Source: Octopus sinensis (Eukaryota). From it: 64,000 bases of DNA. The DNA is taken from positions 4,712,001-4,776,000 of the forward strand of contig NC_043026.1 of NCBI RefSeq assembly GCF_006345805.1. The letters are read 5' to 3'. Below are positions 35,607 through 49,644 of this stretch, in pieces (the stretch's first letter is position 1; every line of letters starts with the position of its first letter). The translations under genes were made by a program, and so were the position numbers. The notes beneath the pieces were generated by a model. The model was not told where the DNA came from and did not search any database. It worked only from the letters and a program-made list of their open reading frames with translations.

Positions 35607-36770
35607 TGAGGAGTGTTCATTAAAGATGTTCCCTCACCCACCCACTTCCAGTTATTGCAGGAAACGGAACTTGTACAGGTATAGTCATACCTGTCTCCCC
35701 ATGTCATATTGTAAATTGCAGCTTTCCACTCGGATTCGTTTGTCTTTTGCGGCTGCTGAAGTGGACTTAGCTGTTATAATGGAGGCAGTTGAATGCAGAT
35801 CAGGGATCAGGTTCTTATACTTGGAAGGTCGTACAACAAATGGGACTTTTGATGAGATGAAAGAAGCACTTATGGTGACGATGCACCATCATACAACATA
35901 GTCAAGCACTGGCACCACCTGTTCAAATGGGGCTGGACATTGGTGGAAACTGTTGGACACACCACATTCTGCATGATGATGATGCCATCCATAAAGTGGA
36001 AGCTGCCATTTTGGAGGATCACCACAGAACTTTATGGCAACTAAACCAAAAAGTGAAGATAAGCTTAGGATCTGTGGTAAAAACTCATTTACAACCATTT
36101 GTACATGTTATCAGCACAAAGGATTCCCAGATGCTCACATCTTTTCAAAAGCAGGAATGGGTCAATTGTTCCAAGGCCCTTTGGCAATGTGTCAAGAAAA
36201 TGAGGAGGATTTTTTCAGCAAGACCTATCACACAGGATGAAGCGTGGGTCCATCACTATGGTCCTGAGACTAAAGTCCAGTCAAAACAATGGAAGTATGA
36301 TAACTCATCACCTCCAAAGAAGGGTCGCGTCCAGCCCTGACCAGGCAAGGTGATGCTCAATCTTTTTGGACCAGCACAGATTAGTGATGATGAATTTTCT
36401 GGCAAAGGGCTCCACAATTAATGGGGCACATCATGCTTCTCTGCTGCAGAAATTGCAGGATGCCATCAAAGCAGAGAAGCATGGCATGCTGACCAAAGGA
36501 GTCTGCTTCCTCAAAGACAACAACTCAGTTCACAAAACACATGTTGCCCAGATGAAAGCACACTCCTGTGGCTATGAAATCCTTACTCTCCTGACCTCGC
36601 ACCATCTGACTTCCACCTCTTTCCAACCATGAAATCTTTTTTGAAGGAGAAGAAATTTTCAGATGACAAACTTATTTCTGAGGTAAAGCCTTGACTCTAG
36701 ATGCAGCCTACCAACTTCTACAGATGAGGGATACAAACTGCATAAAAGAGACAGGAGAAGTATGACACCA
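35607..36770 (+). mobile_element. Mariner (DD34D) transposon, degenerate
   Basis: TA|TGAGGAGTGTTCA terminus; MEAVECRSGIRFLYLEG...; ITQDEAWVHHYGPETKVQSKQW; SPDLAPSDFHLFP in shifted frames. Confidence 0.85.
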
Positions 36771-36774
36771 CTCT

Positions 36775-37690
36775 GGAGGACAATGAAGGGGTTCCTATGG
36801 GACACATGTTGCGGGCTACTGACCAGATCTGTGGCTGGTGCAAAGGCCCACATGACCTCAAGGTGGCATGGTGGTGGTGGAACAATGTAGTTGAAAAGGT
36901 CATTAGGGAAAAGAAACAGGCATGGAAGGACTGGAAGTGTGGTGGAAGCAGGGAACTGTATCAGATCGCCAGAAGGAAGCTAGGAGACAGGTTTACTTAG
37001 CCAGAAGGGAAGCAGGTAAGAATAAAAAATTTGCCAATGTTCTTTTTGTGTGGACCAGAGACTCAAAGTGTTTCATATTGCAAGACAGTGTGTGAGAGAG
37101 AATTGTGATGTCAAAAGAGAGAAATGTGTCTGCATGGATGATGGGTCACTTGCATTAATGATGCTGCAAAGAGAGAGACTTGGAGATGCCACTATAAATG
37201 GTTCCTGAATGGGAGGAAGTGTGCCAATGTTGACCTAACAGAGGGATCAGCTATTCAAATTGACAGTACCTGGTAGATAAAGCAATTAAGGGTATGGAAG
37301 CAGGAAAGCTCCTGCCTCATTAGGAATCACTGGTGTGATGCTTAAAATATCTGGTGGTGTAGGCTGTAGTCTAGTCACATGTATAGTCAAGCAGGTGATG
37401 TGCAAAGGGGTCATACCCAATGACTGGTGTTGCAGCACCATAATCAATTGCTACAAAGGTAAAGGTGATGCATTAGACAAAACTAATTACAGAGGTATGA
37501 AATTGTTGGACCAGGTGATGAAAGCCACAGAGAGGGACATAGCCCAACTAAATAGGGAGTAAGTTAGTTTAGATGAGATGCAGTTTGGGTTTTTGCCAGG
37601 GAGAAGCACTATTGATGTTATATTTCTGGTAAGACAGCTGTAGGAGAAATACCTAGTTAAAGATAGTCTCCATACATGGCATTCATTGAC
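36775..37690 (+). mobile_element. RTE LINE internal fragment (RT N-terminal part); duplicate at 51630-52535
   Basis: WWNNVVEKVIREKKQAWKDW...; PNDWCCSTIINCYKGKGDALDKTNYRGMKLL; MQFGFLPGRSTIDVIF. Confidence 0.85.
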
Positions 37691-38587
37691 AAGGAGCCAT
37701 ATATTTAGTTATTGAACTTAAAACATTTGACCCTTTAAATTAACTTTGGTACTCGCAGCTATCAGGTGACATTTTTTTCAGGGGTCCTTATGCCTCTGAT
37801 CCATCTGTCCATAAGGGTATTCTTGGCCATTGAGGTGGTGGTAGGGTGTCTACCTGTTTTCAGTTGACTGGGCCAGAAACATGGATAATCTTGCGAAAAC
37901 AAACGCATAAACCTAAAAAATAGGTTTATTGACTGAAATGACTAAATCTTTTTGAATAGAGAAACATCAGGTGAATTTTATTTCAAACAATTGTTTTCGG
38001 GTTAGGTCATAAATATATCTGTATTTATGTATAAGTAAATGTGTACCCAAGCACATCTGCCCACACACACTCACTCTTACGTATGTTTTTACTTAGACAT
38101 AAACACAGGTGACATTGTAGCTGGCCTAAATCTCATCTTTTCAAATAAAACTCACCTGACCTATTCAGCATTTCATTCAATAATGCACAACAACCGGGTT
38201 TTTTTTTCCTTTTTCTCTTATTTTTTTTTTGCTTATTATTTTGACCTCTTGCAATTTCTATTCATGTGTATGTGTGTGTATATATGTATGCGTGTGTGCA
38301 ACCACCTGCATGCTAATGTGTTTGTGTAGGGATGTGCCACACCCCTCAAGACCTGGGCAGACATGAAGACTGTGTGAAAAGAAATCTGATACACCCTCCA
38401 CCCTCCACCCCACAGAAGAAAGGAGAAGACTTTGGAAATTGCTTTTAAGTAAGAAACTCTGTCTGTCTGTCTGTCTATCTGTCTATATATATATATATAT
38501 GGTGGTGCTCCAGCATGACCACAGCTGCATGACTGAAATGAGTAAAAGAAAACAATAAAACAATAGTATATATGTATACATATACAA

Positions 38588-38621
<34 letters not shown>

Positions 38622-39026
38622 GTATATATATACATTTGAAGTATTGTCCAGGTATATCTAAATGAAGAAGACTAATCAAATTTACAAATGTATTTAAAGG
38701 GTCTGAAACCTAGGTACTAGATTATCCAATTCCGGGTTGTCCATTTATCTAATGTTCTTCCTAGAGGTAAGATGGAAGTCTTTATGTTCCCAGCCTTCAC
38801 GCGTCTTTCCCAGTATATATACACAGTGAAGCTTTACTACAGGGTCGTAAAACTATTGACTGCTATTTCCAGTAAACATTGGTGCCTTGTTGTACCACTA
38901 ATCTATATTTATACTTCTACCTTAACCTCGTGTTTTATTTGACTGGAAAGTAAGACATTTGTTTTGCAATATTTTAATTTTCATTGTGTGCGTGTTGTAT
39001 ATATATATATGTATATATATGAATGT

Positions 39027-39082
<56 letters not shown>

Positions 39083-39119
39083 TATGTATATATATATATG
39101 ATATATATATATATATATC

Positions 39120-39154
<35 letters not shown>

Positions 39155-39159
<5 letters not shown>

Positions 39160-39323
39160 TATTATATAGAAGGAGCTTCTACAGGACTAGAACTGTTTCA
39201 TTCAAGAGAAATCATCAGGAAGCTAGTTAACAAGAATGTTAACTAGATTCTTGTTAACTAGCTTCCTGATGATTTCTCTGAATGAAACAGTTAGTCCTGT
39301 AGAAGCTCCTTCTATATAATAAA
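39155..39323. repeat. Duplicate copy of the family D hammerhead palindrome (39174-39224 minus, 39260-39307 plus)
   Basis: Same palindrome as 55266-55434, with small deletions in the plus arm. Confidence 0.65.
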
Positions 39324-40079
39324 TTAATTTTACTCTGCTATGTATTGAGTACCTTATTTACTGTGGTTACCCCGAATCAACCCGGGACCTACATATATAT
39401 ATTATAATATATATAATATATATTATATATAATATATATATATAAATAATTAAATTAGAGATAAAAGCACTATTAGGCAAATCAAACAGAGTAAAACATA
39501 AACCAAGACAAATAAAAATAATATAATATACAAAATATATAAATATAAAATATATAAAAATTGCTTGGCCGCAATTAATGACTGCAGGATCCAGTAAAAG
39601 ATCAACATACACATACAAGTAAATAATTTACATGGTTATGTTCACACATATGTTAATATACGTGTGTATATATATCTTTTCTCTCGTTTACTTGTTTCAG
39701 TCTTTTGACTGCGGCCATGCTGGAGCACCACCTTCAAGTAGAGTAAATCGACCCCAGGACTTATTCTTTGTAAGCCTAGACTTATTCTATCAGTCTTTTG
39801 CTGACCCCTAAGTTATGGGGACATAAACACACCAGCATTGGTTGTCAAGCAATGGGGGCGACAAACATATACACACATACATATATATACATATATACGA
39901 CGGGCTTCTTCCAGTTTCCGTCTACCAAATTCACTCACAAAGCTTTGGTCGGCCCGAGGCTATAGTAGAAGACACTTGCCCAAGGTGCCACGCAGTGGGA
40001 CTGAACACAGAACCATGTGGTTGGTAAGCAATCTACTGACCCAAACAGCCACTTCTACATATATATATATATAGATATA

Positions 40080-40119
<40 letters not shown>

Positions 40120-40297
40120 CTGTGTGTGTGTGGGGTGTGTGGTATAATGCATATGTATGTGTGATGGACTCCAATTGAAAGCAACCATACGAGAATCCAT
40201 CTTTTACCAAAGGTCTGCAGAAAAACATCCTTTACAGTGATGAAATGTTCATGCTGTACTTTCACTCATTACTACCCCTCAAATACATGTGTGTGTG

Positions 40298-40370
<73 letters not shown>

Positions 40371-40469
40371 CATATACATACATAAACATACATATACATA
40401 CATATACATATATATAGATATATATACATATATATACATATACATAATATACAATTATATACATATATA

Positions 40470-41490
40470 TACGATCACAAGTTATGCAGATGATACAAAA
40501 GTTTCACAGGCAATACAGAAACCTGAGGACACTAAACGCCTGCAATGTGAGCTGGACAAAATATACAAGTGGGCTGAAAAAGAATAGCATGCAGTTCAAT
40601 GCTGAAAAGTTTCAAGCTTTATACTATCAGCATGCAAAACTAAATGCAATATCCAATGAATACACGGACCCGGAGGAATAGCAATCCCAGAGGCACAATC
40701 AGTGCGTGACCTGGGTATTTACATGAGTGAGACGCAACCTTTCGTGTACATGTGCTAAATTGGCAATAAAATGTAGACGGCTGGCTGGATGGATTCTCAG
40801 AAACCTATAACAAGAGAACAAGAAACCATGATGGTCCTCTGGGGAGGACACTTGTCCTAAGCCTTTGACTACTGCACTCAGTTATGGTCACCATCCAGTG
40901 TCAAGTTGATCACAGAGCTCGAGGCGATCCAACGAAGCAACACGAAGAAGATAGCCTCTATGCAGAATGTAAGCTACTGGGAAAGACTCAAGAGATTAAA
41001 AAATATTCCTTGAAGCGTAGGCGGGGAAGATATGCCATAATATACATCTGGAAGATCCTGGAGGGACGTGTCCTAAACTTTGGCATCGAGAGTTACGCAA
41101 ATGCCAGAACTGGGCGCCACTGCGTGGTGCCTAGGACTCCAAGTTTGCCATCAAGATGTAGGACAAGATTCTGTGATAGCCTAGGCTTCCGAGGCCCACA
41201 GCTCTTCAATATCCTCCCGAAGAACCTGACTGAGAGACCTGCATGGGGTGGATGCAGATGTCTTTAAAATGAAACTGGATCTCTTCCTGTCAGGTGTCCA
41301 GATGAACCAACTTCACGGCAGGAGGTGCAGATGAGGGCAGCTGCATCGAACTCTCATGCACAAATGGCAGTTGCTAAAAAGCTTTCGTGAAGTAAAACCA
41401 AGTAGCAACACCAAATGGCGGTGCCCCAGCATGTCCACAGCTCATAAGCTGAAACTAGAATCAATCAATCAATCAATCAATCAATCATAC
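40470..41490 (+). mobile_element. 5'-truncated CR1-clade LINE (frameshifted copy)
   Basis: Starts at [10 protein letters not shown] and ends in an (ATCA)n tail; many indels relative to 56610-57630. Confidence 0.88.
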
Positions 41491-44039
41491 ATATAGATAT
41501 ACATTATATATATATATTATATATATAATATATAAACTGTTGTGTCTGGGGAGAGTGATTGCGTCAAGACTATTGAAAAGGTTGCAAGACGCAAGGAAAT
41601 TTTAGAAAATAAAAATAAGAAATAAGTGGAAATTTTACCGGTGAGTGTGTTAAATAATAAGGCACTAAAAGTGAATGACTCTCCCCCAGAGACACAACAG
41701 AATGTGCTTCACACACGAACTCACATAAAGAATTTTGCAAACCAAATCCAAAATCGAAATATATATACACACACATATATATACATACATACATATGTGT
41801 GTGTGCGTATATATATATAAATAAATAATACATATATATATATATATGTATACATATACATAATACCGTGTGTGTGTGTGTGTGTGTTTATATTATATAT
41901 ATATATATATATATAAATAATACGCACACACACATATATATATACATATATATAAATTTTGTCATTGAAAGCTACACCAATGCCAGAACAGGACGACCAC
42001 TGCATAGTGCCAAAGATTCCAGCAATGCCATCGCACTTCGGGACCAGTTACTGCAACAGTCTGGATTTCAGGGGCCCACAGCTTTTTAATATCCTCTTAA
42101 AGAACCTGAAGAACTTGCACAAAGTAAATGTAGGAGATTTTAAATCAAACCTGGACCTCTTCCTGTCGAGAGTCTCAGATGAACCTCCCTCACGTCAAGA
42201 GGTGTACATAAGGGTGGCTACATCAAACTCCATTCTTTACAAAGTGCCACATATTGGAGGAGGCACTCAGTAATAACAGTGTAGCAAAACGGCAGTCGCT
42301 CCAGCATGGCCGCAGCTCTGAGCTGAAACTACAGAAATAAAATATATATAATACGTATGTGGATGTTTTTATTTACATATATATTATATAAATAATACAT
42401 GCATATATATATACATATATATTATATATCAACATCATCATCGTTTAACGTCCGTTTTCCGTGCTTGCACGGGTTATATATATATAGTGCATACATATAT
42501 ATATTGAATATATACCAAATAATTGTCACATATTACATTTACCGATATATTTATATATATATTTATATACATACAAAAAACATACATACTGTATACTGCA
42601 TACGTATTTGGGACGTGGCAAGTAGTAGAATGCATCATTCAAACATGCTTGATGCTAGCACTGCCTCAGTGGCCCTGATGCCTGTGGCACAAAAAAGCAC
42701 CGACTTCACTCTCGAGTGGTTGGCATTAGGAATGGTATCCAACTGCAGAAATTTGCCAGATGAGATTGGGGCCTGGCGCAGCCTTCTGGTTGCCAGCCTC
42801 AGTCAAACCGTCCAATTCATGCCAGCATGGAAGCAGATGTTAAAGACGACGACGATGATGATGATACATATATGTCTATAGTATGTATGCATTGTAGCCC
42901 TCTTAGACATGCCAGTGGCCCCTCAGACAGCCATAGTTACCAGCTATGCTAACGATACAAAATTATCAGAGGCAATAAAAAAATCAAAGAGACATCGCAA
43001 GATTACAGCTGGGGCAAACGACTGAGAGAAAAGCTGCAAGACCATGATGGTGCTCCAGCATGACCACAGCTACATGTGTAAAGAAACGTGTAAAAGAATA
43101 ATATATCTGTGCGTGTGTGTATTATGAAACCGTATCAAAACTTTCCTGAGTCATTGACTCAACAGCACAAATTATCGACTCATAAGGCCGGTTTCCCTTA
43201 TTCTGTCATGTATATATTCCCCCAATGAAGAGGAAGGTGGGCCATCGTTGGATTCCTTGTTTTTTACTGGCCGAATAAATTGGGGGAAGTGGAATGAAGA
43301 GTGTTGCTCAAGAAAACAATCTATCACCCAATCCAGAATGAATTGAAACCTTAATCTTAGTATCATGAGTGCAACACACTAAGAATGTGCATCACACACT
43401 CGCACAGACACACACATACACAAACACACATGTACATGGGTATAAATATACACAAGTTACACCTTATAATACATATATAATAAACATATATATATATATA
43501 TACGCATAAATACATACACACACACATTTACAGTAAATATATATATGCATATACATACATATATATACACACACACACATATATATATACAAAATATATA
43601 TATATGTGTAATATATATATATACATGCACAGTAATACTTTTCTAGTAAAAATTTCCCACGCTTTTGGTTGAGAATCCAACAAAAGCTTTCTAAGAAAGT
43701 GTTTTATGAGAATGCTTACCCAAGTGTAAATAACAAGAATTGACAGTTTTACTTCGCATTCATCAAACCTATTTGAGTTTGGGATTTCTAAACATATACA
43801 TTCATACACCCATTTATATACACCCGCCTACAAACATTTTGTGTATATGTATCATTCTTTACTTTTTAAGACTGTGGCCGTGCTGGGGCACCCCACCCAC
43901 TTATCAACCTAAGGACTTAATATATAAAGCTTGGGACTTATTCTAAGGGTTTCTTTTAACAAACCATTAATTTATGGGGACATTAACACACACTCACCAG
44001 ATGGCAACTGTTGGGAGTGGGGAACAGACATAGACACAG

Positions 44040-44370
44040 ATATACACACACCATTTCCTTGGTGAGACCTAAAGTTCAAAGGTCGTGCTTCACCACTACG
44101 TCACAGGTTTTCCTGGGTCTACCTCTTCCACAGGTTCCCTTAACCACTAGGGTGTGGCACTTTTTCACACAACTATCTTCATCCATTCTCGTCACATGAC
44201 CATACCAGCGCAAACGTCTCTCTTGCACACCACAACTGATGCTTCTTAGGTCCAACTTTTCTCTCAAGGTACTTACACTCTGTCGAGTATGAACACTGAC
44301 ATTACACATCCATCAGAGCATACTGGCTTCATTTCTTGCGAGCTTACGCATATCCTCAGCAGTCACAGCC
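44040..44370 (-). mobile_element. RTE LINE 3' fragment
   Basis: STLREKLDLRSISCGVQERRLRWYGHVTRMDED...GRGRPRKT. Confidence 0.85.
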
Positions 44371-44384
44371 CATATATATATATA

Positions 44385-44615
44385 TATTTCTTTACTACCC
44401 ACAAGGGGCTAAACATAGAGGGGACAAACAAGGACAGACAAAGGGATTAAGTCGATTACATCAACCCAGTGCGAAACTGGTACTTTATTTATCGACCCCA
44501 AGAGGATGAAAGGCAAAGTCGACCTCGGTGGAATTTGAACTCAGAACGTAACGACAGACGAAATACGGCTACTTATTTCGCGTGGCGAGCTAACGTTTCT
44601 GCTAGCTTGCCACCT
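44385..44615 (-). mobile_element. tRNA-derived SINE with complete 3' tail
   Basis: B-box-like GAGTTCAAATTC; body as at 20755-21800; tail tgtcccctctatgtttagccccttgtgggtagtaaagaaata. Confidence 0.8.
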
Positions 44616-44793
44616 ATATATATATATATATATATGGCGTTAGGAAGGGTTGGCGTTAGGAAGGGCATCCAGCCGTAGAAACACTGCCAAATCTGACTGG
44701 GCCTGATGAAGCCTTCCGGCTTCACAGACCCCAGTTAAACCGTCCAACCCATGCTAGCATGGAAAACGGACGCTAAATGATGATATACATATA

Positions 44794-44879
<86 letters not shown>

Positions 44880-46372
44880 CATAATATATTATATTATATA
44901 TATTATATATATATATATATATTATATGTGTGTGTGTGTGTGTGTGTGTACACATATGCACACATATATAAGGCGGGCTTCTTTCTGTTTTCATTTACAA
45001 AATCCAAACAAGGGTTTAATCACCCTGTGGCTGTAGTGGAAGACACTTGCTGAAGGTGCAACACAATGGGACTGAACCCAGAACCATGTGGTTGGGAAGC
45101 ACATTTCTTACCACACACACAACCTTAATCGTAGTATCATGAGTGCAACACACTAAAAATGTGCATCCACACACTCGCACAGACACACATACACAAACGC
45201 ACATGTACATGGGTATAAATATACACTAGTATACACCCTTATATATACATATATAATTAAACATACATATATACACATAAATACATACACACACACGTGC
45301 AGTTATATTAAATATATATATGCATATACATACACACACACACATATATATAAATATTTATATATATATATAGATATATATATATATAATATATATATAT
45401 ATTCTATATATATATATGTATATATTTATTGCACATAGAAAAAGGCTATTTATGACAGGTAGCAACAAATATATACATTTAGATTGACTGAGGTAGTAAT
45501 ACGAGTCATAAAGGTCATTGTTATGAGATGATTATAAGATGATAATAAAGAGAACAAAACGAACCAATATATATATATACATATATATAAATATATACGT
45601 ATATACATATATATATTCATGTATGTGTGTGTCACTATTTGCCCTCCCATCCTCCCACAAACGGTTGACAACCGATGTTGGTGTATTTACATCCCCACAC
45701 TTAGCAGTTCACCAAGAGAAACCGATAGAACAAGTCCTTGGCTTACAAAGAATATGTCCTGGGGTCGATCTCTCTGAACCTTTAAGTCAGTGCTCCAGCG
45801 TGGCCACATTCAGAAGATTGAAACAAGTAATAGAATAAAATTATACATAGGTGTAGGAGTGGCCGTGTGGTAAGTAACTTGTTTACCAGCCACATGGTTC
45901 CGGGTTCAGTCTTACTGCATGGCACCTTGGACAAGTGTCTTCCACTATAGCCTCAGGCCGACCAAAGCATTGTGAGTGGATTTGGTAGACGGAAACTGAA
46001 AGAAGCTTGTCGTATATATGTATATATATATGTGTGTGTGTGTGTGTGTATGTTTGTGTTTGTGTGTGTGTGTGTCCCCAACATCACTTGACAACCGATG
46101 CTGGTGTGATTACGTAACTTAGCGGCTCGGCAAAACAGACCGATAGAATAAGTACTGGGCTTACAAAGAAAAAGTCCTGGTGTCGATTTGCTCCAGCGTG
46201 GACACAGTCAAATGATTGAAACAAGTAAAAGAGTAAAGAATATACAAACAGATGTGTGTGTGTGTATATATCCATGTATAAACATACATATGGATAAATA
46301 CATATATATGTGTGTGTATGTATAGATATACATGTGTGTATGTATGGGTGTATATATGTAAGGAAGTGTGTG

Positions 46373-46416
<44 letters not shown>

Positions 46417-46695
46417 CTACACACACACATACGCATACATATACACACATAGACATATGCATACATGCACACACACACTCACATACATTCATTGATATTA
46501 TGCCTTTGGCTGATCAGAAAATTGTGATCCTTTTGTTAGCAGAAAATTGAAGAAAACCCCTCATATAATATATATATTATATATATTATATATATATATA
46601 TATATCTACATATATATATATATAATACATACATATATATATACACACGAATATATATACATATATGTATATATATATATACACACACACATATA

Positions 46696-46777
<82 letters not shown>

Positions 46778-46906
46778 AATATATATATATATGAATTAGG
46801 ATTTTGCAGACTTCGAAACATATGTCGAAAATAAAATAACGAATTTTGTTAAATCTTCGTTCAACTCATTCTTTCCTATACTTATATATATATATATATA
46901 CCATAC

Positions 46907-46981
<75 letters not shown>

Positions 46982-47035
46982 TATATATATATATATATAT
47001 ATAAGAAAGTTGGTTTGTGAAAGCACGTGGGTGAA

Positions 47036-47488
47036 ATATAGGAAAAAGTAAAGAGTGAAAAAACTACAGAAGGCTTAAATGTTAAAAAATATATATATTT
47101 GCATCAATATGTCTGAAGAATATTAGAAAATTAAAAAAAAATTTTTTTGTCTTATAATGACATAATTTAAAAGAAAGACCGGTTTCGCATGTAGCTTTTT
47201 CAATTTCTTGCGACGTTATGTTTATGTTGAATAGAGTTTTCGTTATTTAGAACTTCCCTTATTTAGAACTCTCCTGAACATAAATGAAAACTCTATTCAA
47301 CATAAAATAACGTCGCAAAAACTTAAAAAGCTACATGCGAAACCGGTCTTTCTTTTAAATTATGTCATTATAAGAGAAAAAAATTTTTTTTTAATTTTCT
47401 AATATTCTTCAGACATATTGACGCAAAATATATATTTTTTAACATTTAAGCCTTCTGTAGTTTTTTCACTCTTTACTTTTTCCTATAT
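47036..47488. repeat. ~450-bp foldback, probably Penelope pLTR-derived
   Basis: Arms of ~200 bp are reverse complements with a ~60-nt spacer. Each arm has a hammerhead 3' half (gc-GAAAC-cg-GTC) without the matching upstream core. Confidence 0.65.
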
Positions 47489-48371
47489 ATATATTTATAT
47501 ATATCTTTTATTATTAATTTGTTTTTGTCATTTGTCTGCTGCCATGCTGGAGCACCGCTTTAGTAAGACTAGTGCTTATTCTATAGGTCTTTTTGCCGAA
47601 CCGCTAGGTTACGGCGACGTAAACACACAGCTTCGGTTGTCAAACGATATGGGGGGACACAGACACACCAAACATACACATACATACTTATAATATAATA
47701 TATATAATATATATATATACATATATATATATATTATATATATATATACACATATATATGATGGTTTCTTTCATTTTCCGTCTACAAATTGACTCACAAG
47801 CCTTTTATCAGCCCGAGGCTATAGTAGAAGACACTTGCCCAAGTTGCCACGCAGGGGGACTGAACCCGGAACCATGTGGTGGTAGGAAGCTACTTACCAC
47901 CAGCCACTCTTGTGCCTATAAATGAAAAGACACACGAAATACCATTAAACATTTTGGCCGGCAGGCAAACGATTCTGCCAGCTATATATATATATACATA
48001 CATATACATATATATATATATATATATATAGATATATATATATATATTGTGAGTGTGGGTATGTGTGTGTGTGTGTGTGAGTGTTGTCTATGTATGTATA
48101 TCAGTAGTTCCCAATGCTTCTGCACTTGCGACCCCTTAGCCAAAAGCTTGAAGCCCATGCCCCTGACTATCAACAGCTTGGCTTGATTACATTTAATTAT
48201 TTAACACTATCCAAAGCAACTTCACAGCACAAGGCTACGTGACCCTGCTACCAAGGTTTGACGACCCCTCAGCGGTCGGCAAGGACGGGTGGGAACCTCT
48301 GTATATATAATATATATATAATATATATATATATATAAATAATCAAATAAAAACATGATGCCAAGGATTCA

Positions 48372-48449
48372 GCGGTACATATGTTTCGGGCCTTTATTAG
48401 ACTGACTTATAACAATGCATAATGTGTGTCTATGGCCTTCTTCAGCCGC
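48372..48449 (-). ncRNA. Type I hammerhead ribozyme, family B
   Basis: gcgg-CTGAAGA-aggcc...ggccc-GAAAC-atat-GTA-ccgc. Stem I 4 bp, stem II GGCC/GGCC with an A-C mismatch at 10.1/11.1, palindromic stem III. Confidence 0.7.
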
Positions 48450-49230
48450 GCACAATTACTACTTGAAGGACATGTATTACATCATAGATTCTACATTGGG
48501 GATGCAAATCCTCTCAGTCGCATACGACATAGTGGGGCACCAGCACAAAAATGAAGCGTCCATCTCGTCTTTCACTCAATGTAGAATGAGGAAGCTTGGA
48601 TGTTGAGGTAATATAAATAAATAAATGAGTAAATAAATATATAAATACACACAGACGTGAAAGAATAGGGATAAATGTAGAGGGGTGAGAATTAAGGAGG
48701 AAGGCTAGAGGAATATAAAAAAATATACAAAGATAAAAAAGTAAAAAAGTATAAACGTAGTAATATAAAATATAAATATATAAAAGAATATATTCTTTTA
48801 TATATTTATATTTTTACATCCCTTTATATCTTTTTATATCTTTTATATATTTTGTTATATATTTTTTAATTTCTATGTTCTTTTATATTTTTTATATTTC
48901 TTTATATATTTATATTTTATATTACTACGTTTATACTTTTTTACTTTTTTATGTTTGTATATTTTTTTATATTCCTCTAGCCTTCCTCCTTAATTCTCAC
49001 CCCTCTACATTTATCCCTATTCTTTCACGTCTGTGTGTATTTATATATTTATTTACTCGCTTATTTATATTACCTCAACATCCAAGCTTCCTCATTCTAC
49101 ATTGAGTGAAAGACGAGATGGACACTTCATTTTTGTGCTGGTGCCCCACTATGTCGTACGCGACTGAGAGGATTTGCATCCCAACGTAGAATCTATGATG
49201 TAATACATGTCCTTCAAGTAGTAATTGTGC

Positions 49231-49311
49231 GCAGCTGCTGAAGAAGGCCATAGACACACATTATGCATTGTTATAAGTCAGTCTAATAAAGGCCCGAAAC
49301 ATATGTACTGC
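49231..49311 (+). ncRNA. Type I hammerhead ribozyme, family B (variant stem I)
   Basis: gcagctg-CTGAAGA-aggcc...ggccc-GAAAC-atat-GTA-ctgc. Confidence 0.62.
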
Positions 49312-49439
49312 TGAATCCTTGGCATCATGTTTTTATTTTGATTAATGTACTCCACCACCCTACACCCACCTAATGGTATACACAGGTGCTTACATTTATC
49401 AAGTACTCACCCTGAATTTATATATATATATATATATAT

Positions 49440-49487
<48 letters not shown>

Positions 49488-49491
49488 GTAG

Positions 49492-49529
<38 letters not shown>

Positions 49530-49603
49530 CCTTCGAAACACGCATTGAGTCAAACCAGGGGCAGTTGATGAAGTGGAATTTTCCTTGTATTGTTTGTCCT
49601 GTA

Positions 49604-49644
<41 letters not shown>

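Larger units (their letters stand above)
36466..46570 (+). repeat. Segmental duplication, copy 1 (pairs with 51308-60755)
   Basis: Colinear mariner end, RTE, SINEs, family D palindrome and CR1 fragments. Has an extra ~2 kb at 43630-45600 and many small indels. Confidence 0.9.
48341..49343. mobile_element. ~1-kb foldback (inverted repeat) of Penelope-like pLTR sequence carrying family B hammerheads
   Basis: Arms are reverse complements around the palindromic centre taaaagaatatattctttta (48781-48800). Each arm has a CTGAAGA...GAAAC-atat-GTA core near its outer end. Confidence 0.75.

Noticed and set aside
44703-44730. CTGATGA followed by an AGCC/GGCT hairpin
   Set aside because: No GAAA or stem III; it is part of an RTE/SINE 3' UTR.
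47111-47185. Possible plus-strand hammerhead CTGAAGA...GAAAG-accggt-TTC
   Set aside because: Stem II cannot close (A/A at 10.1/11.1) and stem I depends on wobble pairs.
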